A stretch of 64,000 nt of DNA. Origin: Nitrososphaeraceae archaeon. Its GTDB lineage: Archaea; Thermoproteota; Nitrososphaeria; Nitrososphaerales; Nitrososphaeraceae. The translations under genes were made by a program, and so were the position numbers. The notes under the pieces are model-generated. The model ran no database searches. It was not told the origin of the DNA and saw nothing but the letters and a program-made list of their open reading frames with translations. Below, in pieces: positions 32,338-43,349 of the stretch; positions within the stretch are counted from its first letter, which is position 1; each line of letters opens with the position of its first letter. The stretch spans positions 17,828-81,827 of the forward strand of contig DATFEP010000040.1 in assembly GCA_035250975.1 (NCBI GenBank), written 5' to 3'.

Positions 32338-33147
32338 TCAAGTTAAAGATACATCAAGGATCATCATTAATACAAATCCAAATAACAGAAAAAAGGTTGC
32401 TAAATCTATATTACCACGTCTATGGGATTCTGGAATTACTTCTTCGGCAACAACGAATATCATAGCACCTGCAGCAAAACTCAAGGCATAGGGTAAAAGT
32501 GGTTGAGCCATAAAAACAAAGATTGCCCCTAAAACACCTGCAACTGGTTCAACTGAAGCTGATAACTGGCCATAAAAAAAACTTTTTCTCGTTGAATATC
32601 CTTCTTGTTTTAGTGGCATAGCAACAGCAAGACCTTCAGGAAAGTTTTGTAAACCTATACCGATGGCGAGAGAAATTGCAGCTCCTAGAGTTGCTTCGGG
32701 TAAACCTAATGATGCAGCACCAAATGCAACACCAATAGCTAATCCCTCAGGAATATTGTGTATAGTAATAGCTAGGACTAGTAGATTACTTTTCTTTAAC
32801 TTTGTTTTAGGACCTTCTAAGGCTACAGGAGGTAGATTTGGATGAAGATGCGGTAAAATTTTATCTATTATTCTAATAAATATACCTCCCAATAGAAAAC
32901 CAATTGCAACTGGTAACCATGGCATCATATCGTGTTTTGAAAGTTCTAATGCTGGAGAAAGAAGAGACCAATAGCTAGCAGCAAGCATAACTCCTGCAGC
33001 AAATCCTAGCATTCCATCAAAAATTTTTCTATTCATGTCTTTGAGCAAGAATACTAAAGAAGCTCCAACGGCTGTAACAAACCATGTAAAAAAAGTAGCG
33101 AGTAATGCCTGTGTAATAGGATTTAAATCAAAAAACCACGGTATCAA
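32338..33147 (-). CDS. ZIP family metal transporter (ZupT/GufA)
   Basis: [31 protein letters not shown] loop. Confidence 0.93.
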   Translation of the reverse strand: MIPWFFDLNPITQALLATFFTWFVTAVGASLVFLLKDMNRKIFDGMLGFAAGVMLAASYWSLLSPALELSKHDMMPWLPVAIGFLLGGIFIRIIDKILPHLHPNLPPVALEGPKTKLKKSNLLVLAITIHNIPEGLAIGVAFGAASLGLPEATLGAAISLAIGIGLQNFPEGLAVAMPLKQEGYSTRKSFFYGQLSASVEPVAGVLGAIFVFMAQPLLPYALSFAAGAMIFVVAEEVIPESHRRGNIDLATFFLLFGFVLMMILDVSLT

Positions 33148-33488
33148 TATAAAAACTAGTGAAAACTTGATCTATTATTTTAAAATTTCTATCTGTAATT
33201 ATGTGAATTTCAATACTAAATTCGGCTCTATTAATTAAGACAATTTCTGTTTCCTGTTTCTTCTTGTCGCTAAAAATTTTACAATATCATCAATAAAATT
33301 AACTTGTGAAAAGTTTTTTTTCTTGACTAAAAATCGCAAACATCAATATAATTGTGACAAAGTGATGCTTAAGAACTAATAAGAAGAACAAAAAAGAAAA
33401 GTTAAACTGTCAGTATAATAAATCATTATATGTATATTTTCGTATATACACTATCCTAAATTTCCAAGATTATCGATATTTAATATTC

Positions 33489-33950
33489 GTGATGATCATG
33501 ATTAGTTTATCTAATATTCATTTTTCTAATTGTAGCAGTAATGATAACAATAATACTAGCTTTGAAGAAAATAAGTATTTGGAGTTATCATCAAAAGACA
33601 CTGTGACTAAAAACATCACATTTGAAGAATTATGTCCAGTATGGTCTAAAAAAATATCTTTAGGGTTGGATAGAGTAGATAGATTCATGATTGAGCGAGA
33701 TTCAAAGTATTGCATTGTAGGTGAAGCGTGGAAATTTTCAGGAAGATATACTGGATATTATTTGGCACCTTTGATTCCGTTTGTTGGATGCTGGACTTGT
33801 ATAAATTACGCACGTAAATTTGCAAAGATTTCAAAGAATAAAAATATAAAAGAAGGTGTAACAAGAACCGATTTTGAACCTTTAATTGAATATTTTATAA
33901 ACCATTGGAATGAAAAACATACTAATAAAAATATAAAAAATAAAGAATAA
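33489..33950 (+). CDS. Hypothetical Cys/His-containing protein (CP..CIVGEAW..CWTC..HWNEKH), copy 1
   Basis: Near-identical paralog at 41940-42395. Confidence 0.8.
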   Translation: MMIMISLSNIHFSNCSSNDNNNTSFEENKYLELSSKDTVTKNITFEELCPVWSKKISLGLDRVDRFMIERDSKYCIVGEAWKFSGRYTGYYLAPLIPFVGCWTCINYARKFAKISKNKNIKEGVTRTDFEPLIEYFINHWNEKHTNKNIKNKE

Positions 33951-34440
33951 TACAAAGAAAATAAAAATAATGCTGTAGTAGGTTAATACATATCATAACT
34001 ACAATGATCATACCTAAAGAATGAATAAATGAATGTTTGAATGACCTTATTCTTATAGAAGCTTAGATACTATAATGGCAAAGTTCAAGAAATGATTATT
34101 TAAAATTTTTTTCTTAGAAATATTATAAAATATTTTTATGTTGATTCTTTGAGGATTACATTAATAGTTATACTCATTCACCCCAGCCCAATATTTTACT
34201 ACTAAAGTTAAAATGCCAAGAGAGAACATATAAGATAAATTTCAATGTACCATATTACAACAGATATTCATGAATAATAATTCCAATTCAATATTATGGA
34301 TCAATATTAGAATTTTTTGTATAAAAATTTACGGTAATAAATACGGATTATTTATGGTTAAATTTCTATAATATTATAAATTGATAACATTCTAAAAAAA
34401 AATTAAAAATATCAAAAAAAGTATTTATTATTTACAAACC

Positions 34441-34533
34441 ATGAAAAATAAGAATCTGCAAGACTTGTACAACGATGACGATGAAGCAATGGATAAAGTC
34501 TTAAATAATAAAAAAGTAGATCACCCGAAATAA
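34441..34533 (+). CDS. 30-aa microprotein MKNKNLQDLYNDDDEAMDKVLNNKKVDHPK
   Basis: Conserved in duplicate at 42955 with synonymous changes and an in-frame indel. Confidence 0.65.
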   Translation: MKNKNLQDLYNDDDEAMDKVLNNKKVDHPK

Positions 34534-35320
34534 CTGGGCGACTACTACCTATCAATACTGGATTTGTATTCCAATATCTTCAAAGGCCATATTTTAACGA
34601 GTCTTTCCATTAACCTGGATCGTTTGCTCATTTAGAAAAGGCTTTGTAATCAAAATGTAAATTATTGTATACGAATTACAAATTCGCAAAGTTTTATTTT
34701 TTCAACTCAAAATACACGAACCCAAGAAAATTATTGAGCCAGTAGGGATAACATCGATATTCATAAACAGAAAGGAAATGTACTATGAATATAACGAATA
34801 GCTGTCTACTGTGGTTGCGGTGTTTGATATCATGATTATAGTGATAATTATTTCGGTGACTGATATCTATGGACAGACAAAAGAGATAACTTTTTTTAGA
34901 TTGTTATTCTGAAAACACTGCTATTCTTGAGTTCATTATTATCTACGACATCATCTCGTTTCCATGATTTTTGCAAACAAAATATAAGATAAAAAATCCG
35001 AAACTTATCTGGGTCACTGCCGGGGCTTGATCTTATGAACGAATCGAATTTCTTGAAAAAGAAAAAAGAATCAAGAAAAGATATTGAGTTTAAACATGAA
35101 TTTAATTTTACTAAATATCGTAATTAACTACAAAAGACTATCTTGATATGCTATCTTCAGTAATTATTGTGTAGATTTATTAAATTACAAAATCGTTATT
35201 ATATATAAATGATAAAATCTATCAATACTGGATATAAGTTTAAAGATGAATAATAAAATAAACCATAAATTCAGATACAAAATCTTAGGAAATATTATAT
35301 ATATTTAGATTCGATATTGT

Positions 35321-36718
35321 TTGTATGAGATATCAATGTATGATGGTGGAGCAGATCATCTAGCAGGTGAAGATCTAAACGTCATACAGGATTCTACTTT
35401 TATTTTGAAAAAATACATAGAAATTCTAAAGTCAGCCACCAGTGAAATACATTGGACCTATCACAATACTAATACAATTTCTTATCAGAGAAGCGGAATA
35501 TTCGAAATATTAAGATCTCTTAAAAAGAACATTAGAGTTCAAGTGTTAATCCAAAAAACTGAGTCTAATAAATCAATTAATCCAGAAATATACAATAAAT
35601 ATAACAAGAGTATAGAAGTTAGAGTAATAGAGGGAATTCCAACGTCTCCTGCTGCTTCATTCTTTGTGGTTGATAAAAGTTTAGTATTCATAGTCATATT
35701 AAAAAATAATATTAGTAATAACTTGTCTGAAAATATTGATTCTGCAATTCTTACTACTAGAAGCTATATCGTTTCTTCTTATCATTATATATTTGATTTA
35801 CTCTGGCATCAAACAGATTTACATCAACACATACAAGAAAAGAATTTGCAACTAGAAAGAAAAAATGAAGAATTAATTGATCTCTATTCTGACTTGCGTA
35901 CATCATTTGAGGCTCTTGCTAAAACAAATAAGAATCTCCAATCAGCCAATAAAGAGATTGAAATACAAAAGAACAAACAAATAGAGTTCTTCAACATGGC
36001 AGCTCACGAACTTAGAACCCCTACTCAGTCAATTATAGGATATATTGAAATGATAAAGAATTTTCCACATAACCTTCCAAAATATCTTGAACCATTAGAT
36101 AGAAATTTAAACAGACTTTACAGGTTGACAGAAGACCTTTTTTATATAGCAAAAATAGAAAGTGATAATCTAAATTTACATAAGATAAATTTTGATATTA
36201 TTAAATTAGTAAATGAAACACTGACAGATTTCATCAATGAGTCAGACAGTAAAAATAATAATAACGATTTTAAATTATTACTATGTTACAATAATTATGA
36301 TTATCATATCCATAATAAGGACAAAATAAATAATAACAATAAATTAGATAAAAAAGGAAAACAATTATTTGTAAATGCTGATAGAGACAGAATACAACAA
36401 GTTTTATATAATTTATTAAATAATTCAAATAGATTTACCGAAAATGGTAACATTATTATCAAAATAAGAAAACAAGAATCTGATAATGATGAAATATCAG
36501 TAAGTATACAGGATAGCGGTAAGGGAATCGACCCTGAAATATTGCCAAGACTATTTACAAAATTTACGAGTACTTCTAAATATGAGGGTGGAACTGGACT
36601 TGGGTTATACATATCAAAGAAGATTATTGAAGAACATGGTGGCAAAATATGGGGTAGAAATAACCCTAACGGTATGGGTCAAGGTGCAGAATTTGGCTTT
36701 TTATTGCCATTGGTCTAA
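35321..36718 (+). CDS. Cytoplasmic sensor histidine kinase (N-terminal TrmB/PLD-like sensor, coiled coil, HisKA, HATPase)
   Basis: AAHELRTP, NLLNNS, DSGKGI, GTGLGL; no TM. Confidence 0.9.
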   Translation: MYEISMYDGGADHLAGEDLNVIQDSTFILKKYIEILKSATSEIHWTYHNTNTISYQRSGIFEILRSLKKNIRVQVLIQKTESNKSINPEIYNKYNKSIEVRVIEGIPTSPAASFFVVDKSLVFIVILKNNISNNLSENIDSAILTTRSYIVSSYHYIFDLLWHQTDLHQHIQEKNLQLERKNEELIDLYSDLRTSFEALAKTNKNLQSANKEIEIQKNKQIEFFNMAAHELRTPTQSIIGYIEMIKNFPHNLPKYLEPLDRNLNRLYRLTEDLFYIAKIESDNLNLHKINFDIIKLVNETLTDFINESDSKNNNNDFKLLLCYNNYDYHIHNKDKINNNNKLDKKGKQLFVNADRDRIQQVLYNLLNNSNRFTENGNIIIKIRKQESDNDEISVSIQDSGKGIDPEILPRLFTKFTSTSKYEGGTGLGLYISKKIIEEHGGKIWGRNNPNGMGQGAEFGFLLPLV

Positions 36719-36800
36719 CCAATTGAGTAAAAAATAATAATTTCTCTAATTTGGACAACACTTAGTTTATATAAATAAGATAAATGTAACTGACCAAAAA

Positions 36801-37139
36801 TTATAAGTTTCTCTTTAAAAGTTTGTTATATCTCTCTCGAGCTTCATTTACACGTTCTTCGAATGAGACAATACCTGTACTTGAAAGATTGTCTGACAAT
36901 CCCATTTTTTTATAAAGAATAGTTATTATCCTTCTTTCAATGATTAATTTGCCACCATCTATTACATGGTTTAATGCTTCATCAAGTATATACGGTTTAT
37001 CAGCTGTTTTGGTAATATCAATAGAGTATTTATGTGCTAAATAATCTGTTACTATTTTTGAAACAATATCACCCAATATTTTTATCGCATTACCTACAGA
37101 TTCTGCATAAACTTCTTCAAAGGAAATATTTTTAGACAT
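36801..37139 (-). CDS. Small DUF3227-like protein downstream of kaiC
   Basis: Pattern AI..LG..V..I...L...Y.I....P..L..AL..V...G..IIER.II..LY resembles DUF3227. Confidence 0.55.
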   Translation of the reverse strand: MSKNISFEEVYAESVGNAIKILGDIVSKIVTDYLAHKYSIDITKTADKPYILDEALNHVIDGGKLIIERRIITILYKKMGLSDNLSSTGIVSFEERVNEARERYNKLLKRNL

Positions 37140-37234
37140 GAATCATAAATCACTATTATTTTTTAAGTTAGATTCATTAGCAGTCAAAGTTACTGAGAAT
37201 ATTGAAACTTTATTTCTTGTTCTTGTTAATATTA

Positions 37235-38797
37235 TCATTTGTAAATTGCTTTCCTACGTTTATTTTTCATATTTTTTTCTTTCTTGGCTATTTCTTTCAG
37301 ATCTATTGGAAGTTTTTGCTTTCTTTTTCGTCTCTCCATATTCTCCTCAAATTTTATCTTTTGTTCCCTATCAGCAGATCGTTGATAGGTTTTCTGAGCA
37401 ATACCACTCATAATACCAGTATATTTTTTCATTGGACCTACTATTTTCATTCCTCTATCACTCACAATCAAAAATTCTATGATTGACTGGTCGTGATTGG
37501 AAGCTCTCATTTTCAGTATCAATAACGAGCGCTTTATTTGTGATTCTGCCTCGAAATATCTAAGAACAATGATATTTTGAAAAATAGACGATAAACCAAG
37601 TGAAGTTACATTAATACCTGGCTGCTGGGGTTGTAGAATGGTTATTATAGAAGTCATTTCTTTACTCCGAAATAGATTACATAGCCTTTTTGCGATTAAA
37701 TAGATTTCTTGATTAGATGAATATTTGAATCCTGACAATCCATCTACCACTATACGTGACGGTTTTATAGTATCTATATTAGATGCTAATTCTGAAATAA
37801 ATGCATCCTGACTCTGATTTTCTGGGATCCAAGATAGTATATGCAGTCCTTTTTTTTCAAGGTTCTTCACATCGTAACCAATAGAGGCACCACTAGTTCT
37901 AATGTCATTAGGTGATTCTTCAAGAGAACAGAATAAGCCAATCTGACCATCAAGAACTCCTTCCGCAACAAACTGAAATCCAAAAGTAGTTTTACCTGTA
38001 CCTGACGCGCCAACCAATGCTGTTGTAGAATACTTGAAAAGTCCTCCCTGAGTTCTTTCATCTAAACCTGAAATACCAGTTCTAATTCTATCAGTTGAAA
38101 CTGGCAGAATAATCTTTAGTGGTTGTTTGGGATATACTACCATACCTTTTTCTTTAATAAAAGACACATGAGGTTCCCTAATTATCGATGTAGACCTCAT
38201 TTTAATTACCCTCAAAATAATAGGAACTGCCTCCCTAAAACCATGATCAAGTTGTATAATACCATCAGCCACAAATTCCTCCATTCCTGAACCTATGCTT
38301 TTGCTTCCAAAAGGAATCTCTACTATCAGTATATTTGTTACACCTTCAGCTCGTAACATCTTTCCTAAAACAACCTGCAAGGCAATTCTAGACTCGATAA
38401 TATTATCAAAAGCAAGTTGTATTACAGAAAAGGAATCAATTACTAATCTTTTACAATCGATACTTTTACAAGTTTCAATAATTTGTTCTAGTGCATCTGC
38501 TATACCTTCCTTTGTTACAGCAGAAAAGTCTAAGAATGCAAATTTATTATCTTTCTCAAAATCTCTAAAATTCATTCCAAATCGCTCAAGATTATCGTAG
38601 TATTGAGTTTTAGACTCACTGAATGAAACGTATACACAACTTTCCCTACGTGTTAACCCTTCATAAAGAAAGTGAGATCCAAGTATAGTTTTACCTGTAC
38701 CTGGATTACCTGCTAATAAAACCGTAAATCCTTTTGGTATTCCACCCTCAATGAGTGTATCAAGAGCACTTATACCTGTCGATAGGCGTTCAACCAA
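37235..38797 (-). CDS. kaiC: Two-domain KaiC-like ATPase with basic C-terminal extension
   Basis: GNPGTGKT and GASGTGKT Walker A, SLEES, LSSIFQNII (phospho-site region), KMRS/KMRA. Confidence 0.9.
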   Translation of the reverse strand: MVERLSTGISALDTLIEGGIPKGFTVLLAGNPGTGKTILGSHFLYEGLTRRESCVYVSFSESKTQYYDNLERFGMNFRDFEKDNKFAFLDFSAVTKEGIADALEQIIETCKSIDCKRLVIDSFSVIQLAFDNIIESRIALQVVLGKMLRAEGVTNILIVEIPFGSKSIGSGMEEFVADGIIQLDHGFREAVPIILRVIKMRSTSIIREPHVSFIKEKGMVVYPKQPLKIILPVSTDRIRTGISGLDERTQGGLFKYSTTALVGASGTGKTTFGFQFVAEGVLDGQIGLFCSLEESPNDIRTSGASIGYDVKNLEKKGLHILSWIPENQSQDAFISELASNIDTIKPSRIVVDGLSGFKYSSNQEIYLIAKRLCNLFRSKEMTSIITILQPQQPGINVTSLGLSSIFQNIIVLRYFEAESQIKRSLLILKMRASNHDQSIIEFLIVSDRGMKIVGPMKKYTGIMSGIAQKTYQRSADREQKIKFEENMERRKRKQKLPIDLKEIAKKEKNMKNKRRKAIYK

Positions 38798-39272
38798 TGT
38801 TTTTTTGATAAAATAACAAACTAATAAGAGTTATTTATCCTATATCCTAAATTGCCAAGATTATCGATATTTAATATTCGTGTATTTTAATGGATGTTGT
38901 AATAACTTCAGGATTAAGAATAAAATATCAAGATACAATTAAACTAGGTATGGGTATAACTTGAAATTGTGATACGTCTAGTTCTACAATTAATATTTTT
39001 TAAAAAATATTAAAAATGCAAACTATCTGGACCAACAATGGATAGTAATTTTAAATCCCTTTGGTGGTTCATCTAAGGGGGATATGCTTTGATAAGATGG
39101 TGGATAAAGTCCTAAACGTTAGACTCATATTTTTTGTTATTAAAAATTTATTTAAGAGAATTCCTAACTTAGAAATTCTATTAAACATATTATATAAATA
39201 TTTGAATAATCACTATTACATCAGTTGTTAATATACTTATTAACTTTATTGTAAGCTTACAATCAAAACTAA

Positions 39273-39446
39273 ATGATAAAAAAAATTGAGCAAAAAATTG
39301 GGGAAGCACTTGGTTTAAAAATTTCACACTCAAAAGTCTGAAATACTAATTCGAAAGGGTTGTCAAAAGCAGAACATGAAAGGGAATTAATAACTATGAA
39401 AGAGGAACCAAGCAAGCAACAAAAAGAAATGGAGGATTATACTTAA
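39273..39446 (+). pseudogene. Fragment of a thaumarchaeal ferritin-like helical protein
   Basis: MIKKIEQKIGEALGL then frameshifted KGLSKAEHERELITMKEE..QQKEME; family assignment from memory. Confidence 0.35.
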
Positions 39447-39559
39447 CTTTAATCTTATTATTATTGTAGCTATTTCATATAAATTATTAACCATCTTCTC
39501 ATTTAGCTAAAGCAGCTCTTTAAAGACATAAAGGGGGTGTATATTTAGATAATTGTTAT

Positions 39560-40096
39560 TTGGGTAAAAAAAATAATACAAGTAATAATAGAATTTTCAA
39601 CAGACTTCCTGCTAATTTTTACAAGAAATATAGAGAAACTATTTTAATGAATAAAGATTTACTTATTGCTGGCACAATTGGATTTTTAGCTAGTGCTGTT
39701 ATAGCAGAACTATATGCGATTTATTCTCCTAATAATGTATTAACTTCCACAGTAACGGTATTGGTGGGATTTATAATATACAAGATAATTTTTATAATTC
39801 TTTTTCATATCGACAACAAACAAAAATACACCGATAAATTTACTAGGCAGATTAATTTCAATATTCTAAAGAAAATCATAAAGAAGATGGTATTTGCTTG
39901 GTCTATATTTGATATTGTTAACAATATATCACGATGGATAATACTATTTGAATTATTATTAATAGGATTCAGACCTTTTGAAGCAGCTATAATATCTTCT
40001 ATAACTGCTTCTTCTATATCCTATTTAGCAATAAATATAATCTCAAAACGTATCAAAATCTTTTCATCATTAAAGAAGAAGAATACTCAAAAATGA
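39560..40096 (+). CDS. GtrA-like small membrane protein
   Basis: Four hydrophobic helices in a 2+2 arrangement. Confidence 0.5.
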   Translation: MGKKNNTSNNRIFNRLPANFYKKYRETILMNKDLLIAGTIGFLASAVIAELYAIYSPNNVLTSTVTVLVGFIIYKIIFIILFHIDNKQKYTDKFTRQINFNILKKIIKKMVFAWSIFDIVNNISRWIILFELLLIGFRPFEAAIISSITASSISYLAINIISKRIKIFSSLKKKNTQK

Positions 40097-40244
40097 AAAT
40101 AATGCCAAAGATATCTTAGAATTATAAATGAAACGCTACCAATTAGTGGAGAACTTAAACAATAAAAAAGTATACCTAAAGAATGTCATCATGCACTAGA
40201 TACTATTACATTAGCTCATATCTGCAGGTAACATATGTATAATT

Positions 40245-40588
40245 ATGTCAGCAAAAAAAGAAAAGATAAATGAAAAAAATTCAACTAAATTTAGTCCAGA
40301 CAGTACTAATTTCAATGAAAGAACAAATAGAGACAATCACAAGTAGACAAAAAAAGTGGTGTAAACTCCATCGGATTATGGGACTTGTATAATCCACAGA
40401 AAATTGTTGAAAATCACGCAGTATTGGTCAATAACTTTACAAGTTTTCTGTTAAACACGAGCAATCTCATAAATAACACTCTAGCATCAAATATGAGGAT
40501 TTACAATACAGCACTCGAGCAAACACGTGACAATCTAAAGACTTTGGTAAGAACAAATACTAGTTACATAAGATCAGTTGTAAAATAA
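40245..40588 (+). pseudogene. Broken member of an Asn/Thr-rich amphipathic-helix family (related to 53703-54224)
   Basis: ATG ORF stops at about 40346; C-terminal NPQKIVE..NNF..NNTLASN..EQTRDN fragment. Confidence 0.4.
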
Positions 40589-40900
40589 GTTAATACACAA
40601 TGATTTAGGAATCATACCAGTAAGTAAAAATAGACCATGTTAAATATCTAACATAGTCTAATAATCTTTGGTATTTTTTAAATCGTACCATTAGTAATAT
40701 TTATTTTATTTTATAACCAAATTAAGAAGTATGTTTTATTAGGAAGAACTATGAAAATTAGAATAATTATATATATTTTTTGATAATACTATCTTTAGCA
40801 ATGAAGTCCTATATCTAGTAGGATTTTATCAATTTATACTAGATTTTTATGAAATATCAATAAATAAATTAGTAGAAATGATATATTACAAATTTAAAGA

Positions 40901-41530
40901 ATGAAGAAAAATTATACAAAAACTATTGAATTACAGAATGAATTTGCCAAGAAGGTTATAACTCATGATTATCTGAATAATAATAACATTCGGAATGTTT
41001 GTGGTATAGATGTTTCTTACAAGGATTTAAATGCTTTTTGTTCTGCTGTAATGGTTAATAAAAATACATTGCAAATAATTGAAATTGTAAATGAAAAAAG
41101 TATTGTTAAATATTCATACATTCCAGGGCTTTTTATGCTGAGAGAAGCAAAACCTTTACTAAAAACGTTGAGATTATTAAAAAATACATTTGATTTAGTA
41201 TTAATTGACGGTCATGGAATTCTACATCCAAGAAAATGTGGATTGGCTTCCTACATAGGCATTATGATTGACAAACCAACAATAGGTGTTGCAAAGAGCC
41301 TATTATGTGGATCAATACTAAAAAATAATTACGTCGAATACAACAAAACAATTCTTGGATATAGAATTAGCAAAAATAATAAAAAAGACATCTATGTCAG
41401 TGTAGGACATAAAATTAGTTTAGAAACGGCAATTGATATTATTAAAAAACTGACCAAAAAATCTGAATTTCTTCCAGAACCTTTAAGGATTGCAGATATC
41501 AATTCAAAAAAATATTCTAATTTTATATAG
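40901..41530 (+). CDS. nfi: Endonuclease V
   Basis: GIDVSY, YIPGLFMLRE, IDGHGILHPRKCGLAS, GVAKS, YVSVGH, PEPLRIAD. Confidence 0.95.
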   Translation: MKKNYTKTIELQNEFAKKVITHDYLNNNNIRNVCGIDVSYKDLNAFCSAVMVNKNTLQIIEIVNEKSIVKYSYIPGLFMLREAKPLLKTLRLLKNTFDLVLIDGHGILHPRKCGLASYIGIMIDKPTIGVAKSLLCGSILKNNYVEYNKTILGYRISKNNKKDIYVSVGHKISLETAIDIIKKLTKKSEFLPEPLRIADINSKKYSNFI

Positions 41531-41939
41531 ATAACAATATGGTAATTCATAGTTATAATGTAAATAGCAATAATTGTTAAGTGCTATGACTTCTGAGGTT
41601 AATACGATAGCTTTACTATAATAAGGGTCTATGTTTTAGTGATTACGAAGATAAAATTTAAAAATTACTGCTATATTTAACTTGTCTATTTTAATCATTC
41701 TGACTAGTCCATTTAGGAAATTTGTTGTTATAACTTGATTTAGAGATCTTGGCTATTTTAATTTCTTTTTTATGTGGATTACTACGTCTTTCTGTTGTTG
41801 CTATGTAATAATTAATTGATCCGTAGTTTTTATTGGTTTGTTCACATCTAGCGATTCTAGCGAACTAATAATGAGAACAGGAAAGAAAAATTAAATTATC
41901 AGTTAATAAATTATTATATACAATGCTTTCATATATGGT

Positions 41940-42395
41940 ATGATGATAAGCGATAATTTATCTAATAATGTTTTTTCTCATGGTCGCAGTAATGATAACA
42001 ATAATGCTAACTTTGAAGAAAATAAGTATTTGGACTTATCATCAAAAGACACTGTGACTAAAAACATCGCATTTGAAGAATTATGTCCAGTATGGTCGAA
42101 AAAACTATCTTTAGGATTAGATAGAGTAGATAAATTCATGATTGACCGGGATTCAAAGTATTGCATTGTAGGTGAAGCGTGGAAATTTTCAGGAAGATAT
42201 ACTGGATATTATTTGGCACCTTTAATTCCGTTTGTTGGATGCTGGACTTGTATAAAGTACTCACGAAAATTTGCAAAGATTTCAAAGAATAAAAATATAA
42301 AAGAAGGTTTAACAAGAACCGATTTTGAACCTTTAATTGAATATTTTATAAACCACTGGAATGAAAAACATACAAATAAAAATATAAAAAAATAG
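41940..42395 (+). CDS. Hypothetical Cys/His-containing protein, copy 2
   Basis: Paralog of 33489-33950. Confidence 0.8.
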   Translation: MMISDNLSNNVFSHGRSNDNNNANFEENKYLDLSSKDTVTKNIAFEELCPVWSKKLSLGLDRVDKFMIDRDSKYCIVGEAWKFSGRYTGYYLAPLIPFVGCWTCIKYSRKFAKISKNKNIKEGLTRTDFEPLIEYFINHWNEKHTNKNIKK

Positions 42396-42954
42396 AAGAT
42401 AATACAAGATAAGAAAAAAAATATGATATATTGTGCTAATACACGTTATATCATATGTAACTATTATAGCCAAAGAATGAATAAATGAATGTTTGAATGA
42501 CCTTATTTTAAAGAATATTCAATTCCGGTAATGGGGAATGTACAAGAAAACATTCTTTTAATATTTTTTGTAACAAATATTCAGAACATTTTTTCACTTG
42601 ATCCATGGAGAATTGCGTTAATAGATAAACTTACCTCCTAGCCCAAGACGTTAGTACTAAAGTTAAAATGCATAGAGAGAATAGGAAATCGCTAAAAGGA
42701 GACTAGCATGAGAAAATTGTAAGCCCGTTGGGTGAAGGGCATTTTTGACCTTATCTTATGTATATCATATTATGGCAGATTTTCACGAATGATGGTTCCA
42801 AATCAAAATGATGAAAACAATATAACATTTTTCCTATGGAAATTTATGGTAACAAATATGGATTATTTCTAGCTAAGTTTCTAGAATGTTATAAAGTCAT
42901 AAGATTCTAAAAAAAATTAAAAATACTGAAAAAACTATTTATTATTTACATATC

Positions 42955-43050
42955 ATGAAAAATAACAATCTGGAAGAATTATACAATGATGACGATGAAG
43001 CAATAGATAAAGTGTTCTTAAGTAGAAAAAAAGTTGATCATCCAAAATAA
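42955..43050 (+). CDS. 31-aa microprotein MKNNNLEELYNDDDEAIDKVFLSRKKVDHPK
   Basis: Paralog of 34441-34533. Confidence 0.65.
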   Translation: MKNNNLEELYNDDDEAIDKVFLSRKKVDHPK

Positions 43051-43349
43051 TGAGCGGTTACTATCTATCAATACTAGACTGGTGATCAATATTTGCAAAG
43101 GCTATCTTATTAATGACTTTTCCATTACAATTAAACTAGTAGACATATAACTTTAGGCTCCTATAGACCTGTAATTCCATTACTAATATCTTTTAAAAAT
43201 ATTAAACACAGAAGATCATATGAACAATTCCAAAACTACTTATTATTGTTGGTTCTAAAAGCTATTATGGATTGTTGAAATAAAAGGAACGAAATTTTGG
43301 GAGTTAGATTTAAAAAATTAATTAAAAATATAGAAAGACAAGGAAGTTT

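Larger units (their letters stand above)
33370..34610 (+). repeat. Diverged segmental duplication, copy 1 (copy 2 at about 41860-43125)
   Basis: Co-linear similarity over promoter, Cys-rich gene, long spacer and microprotein gene. Confidence 0.85.
41860..43125 (+). repeat. Diverged segmental duplication, copy 2
   Basis: Co-linear with 33370-34610; carries a short GC-richer insertion near 42685-42750. Confidence 0.85.

Noticed and set aside
34600-35100. Possible degraded gene remnants here and at about 31500-31860 and 62520-62700
   Set aside because: Composition suggests eroded coding DNA, but no family could be assigned with confidence
37235-38797. Cyanobacterial-type circadian clock
   Set aside because: No kaiA or kaiB in the window; KaiC-like ATPases are widespread in archaea
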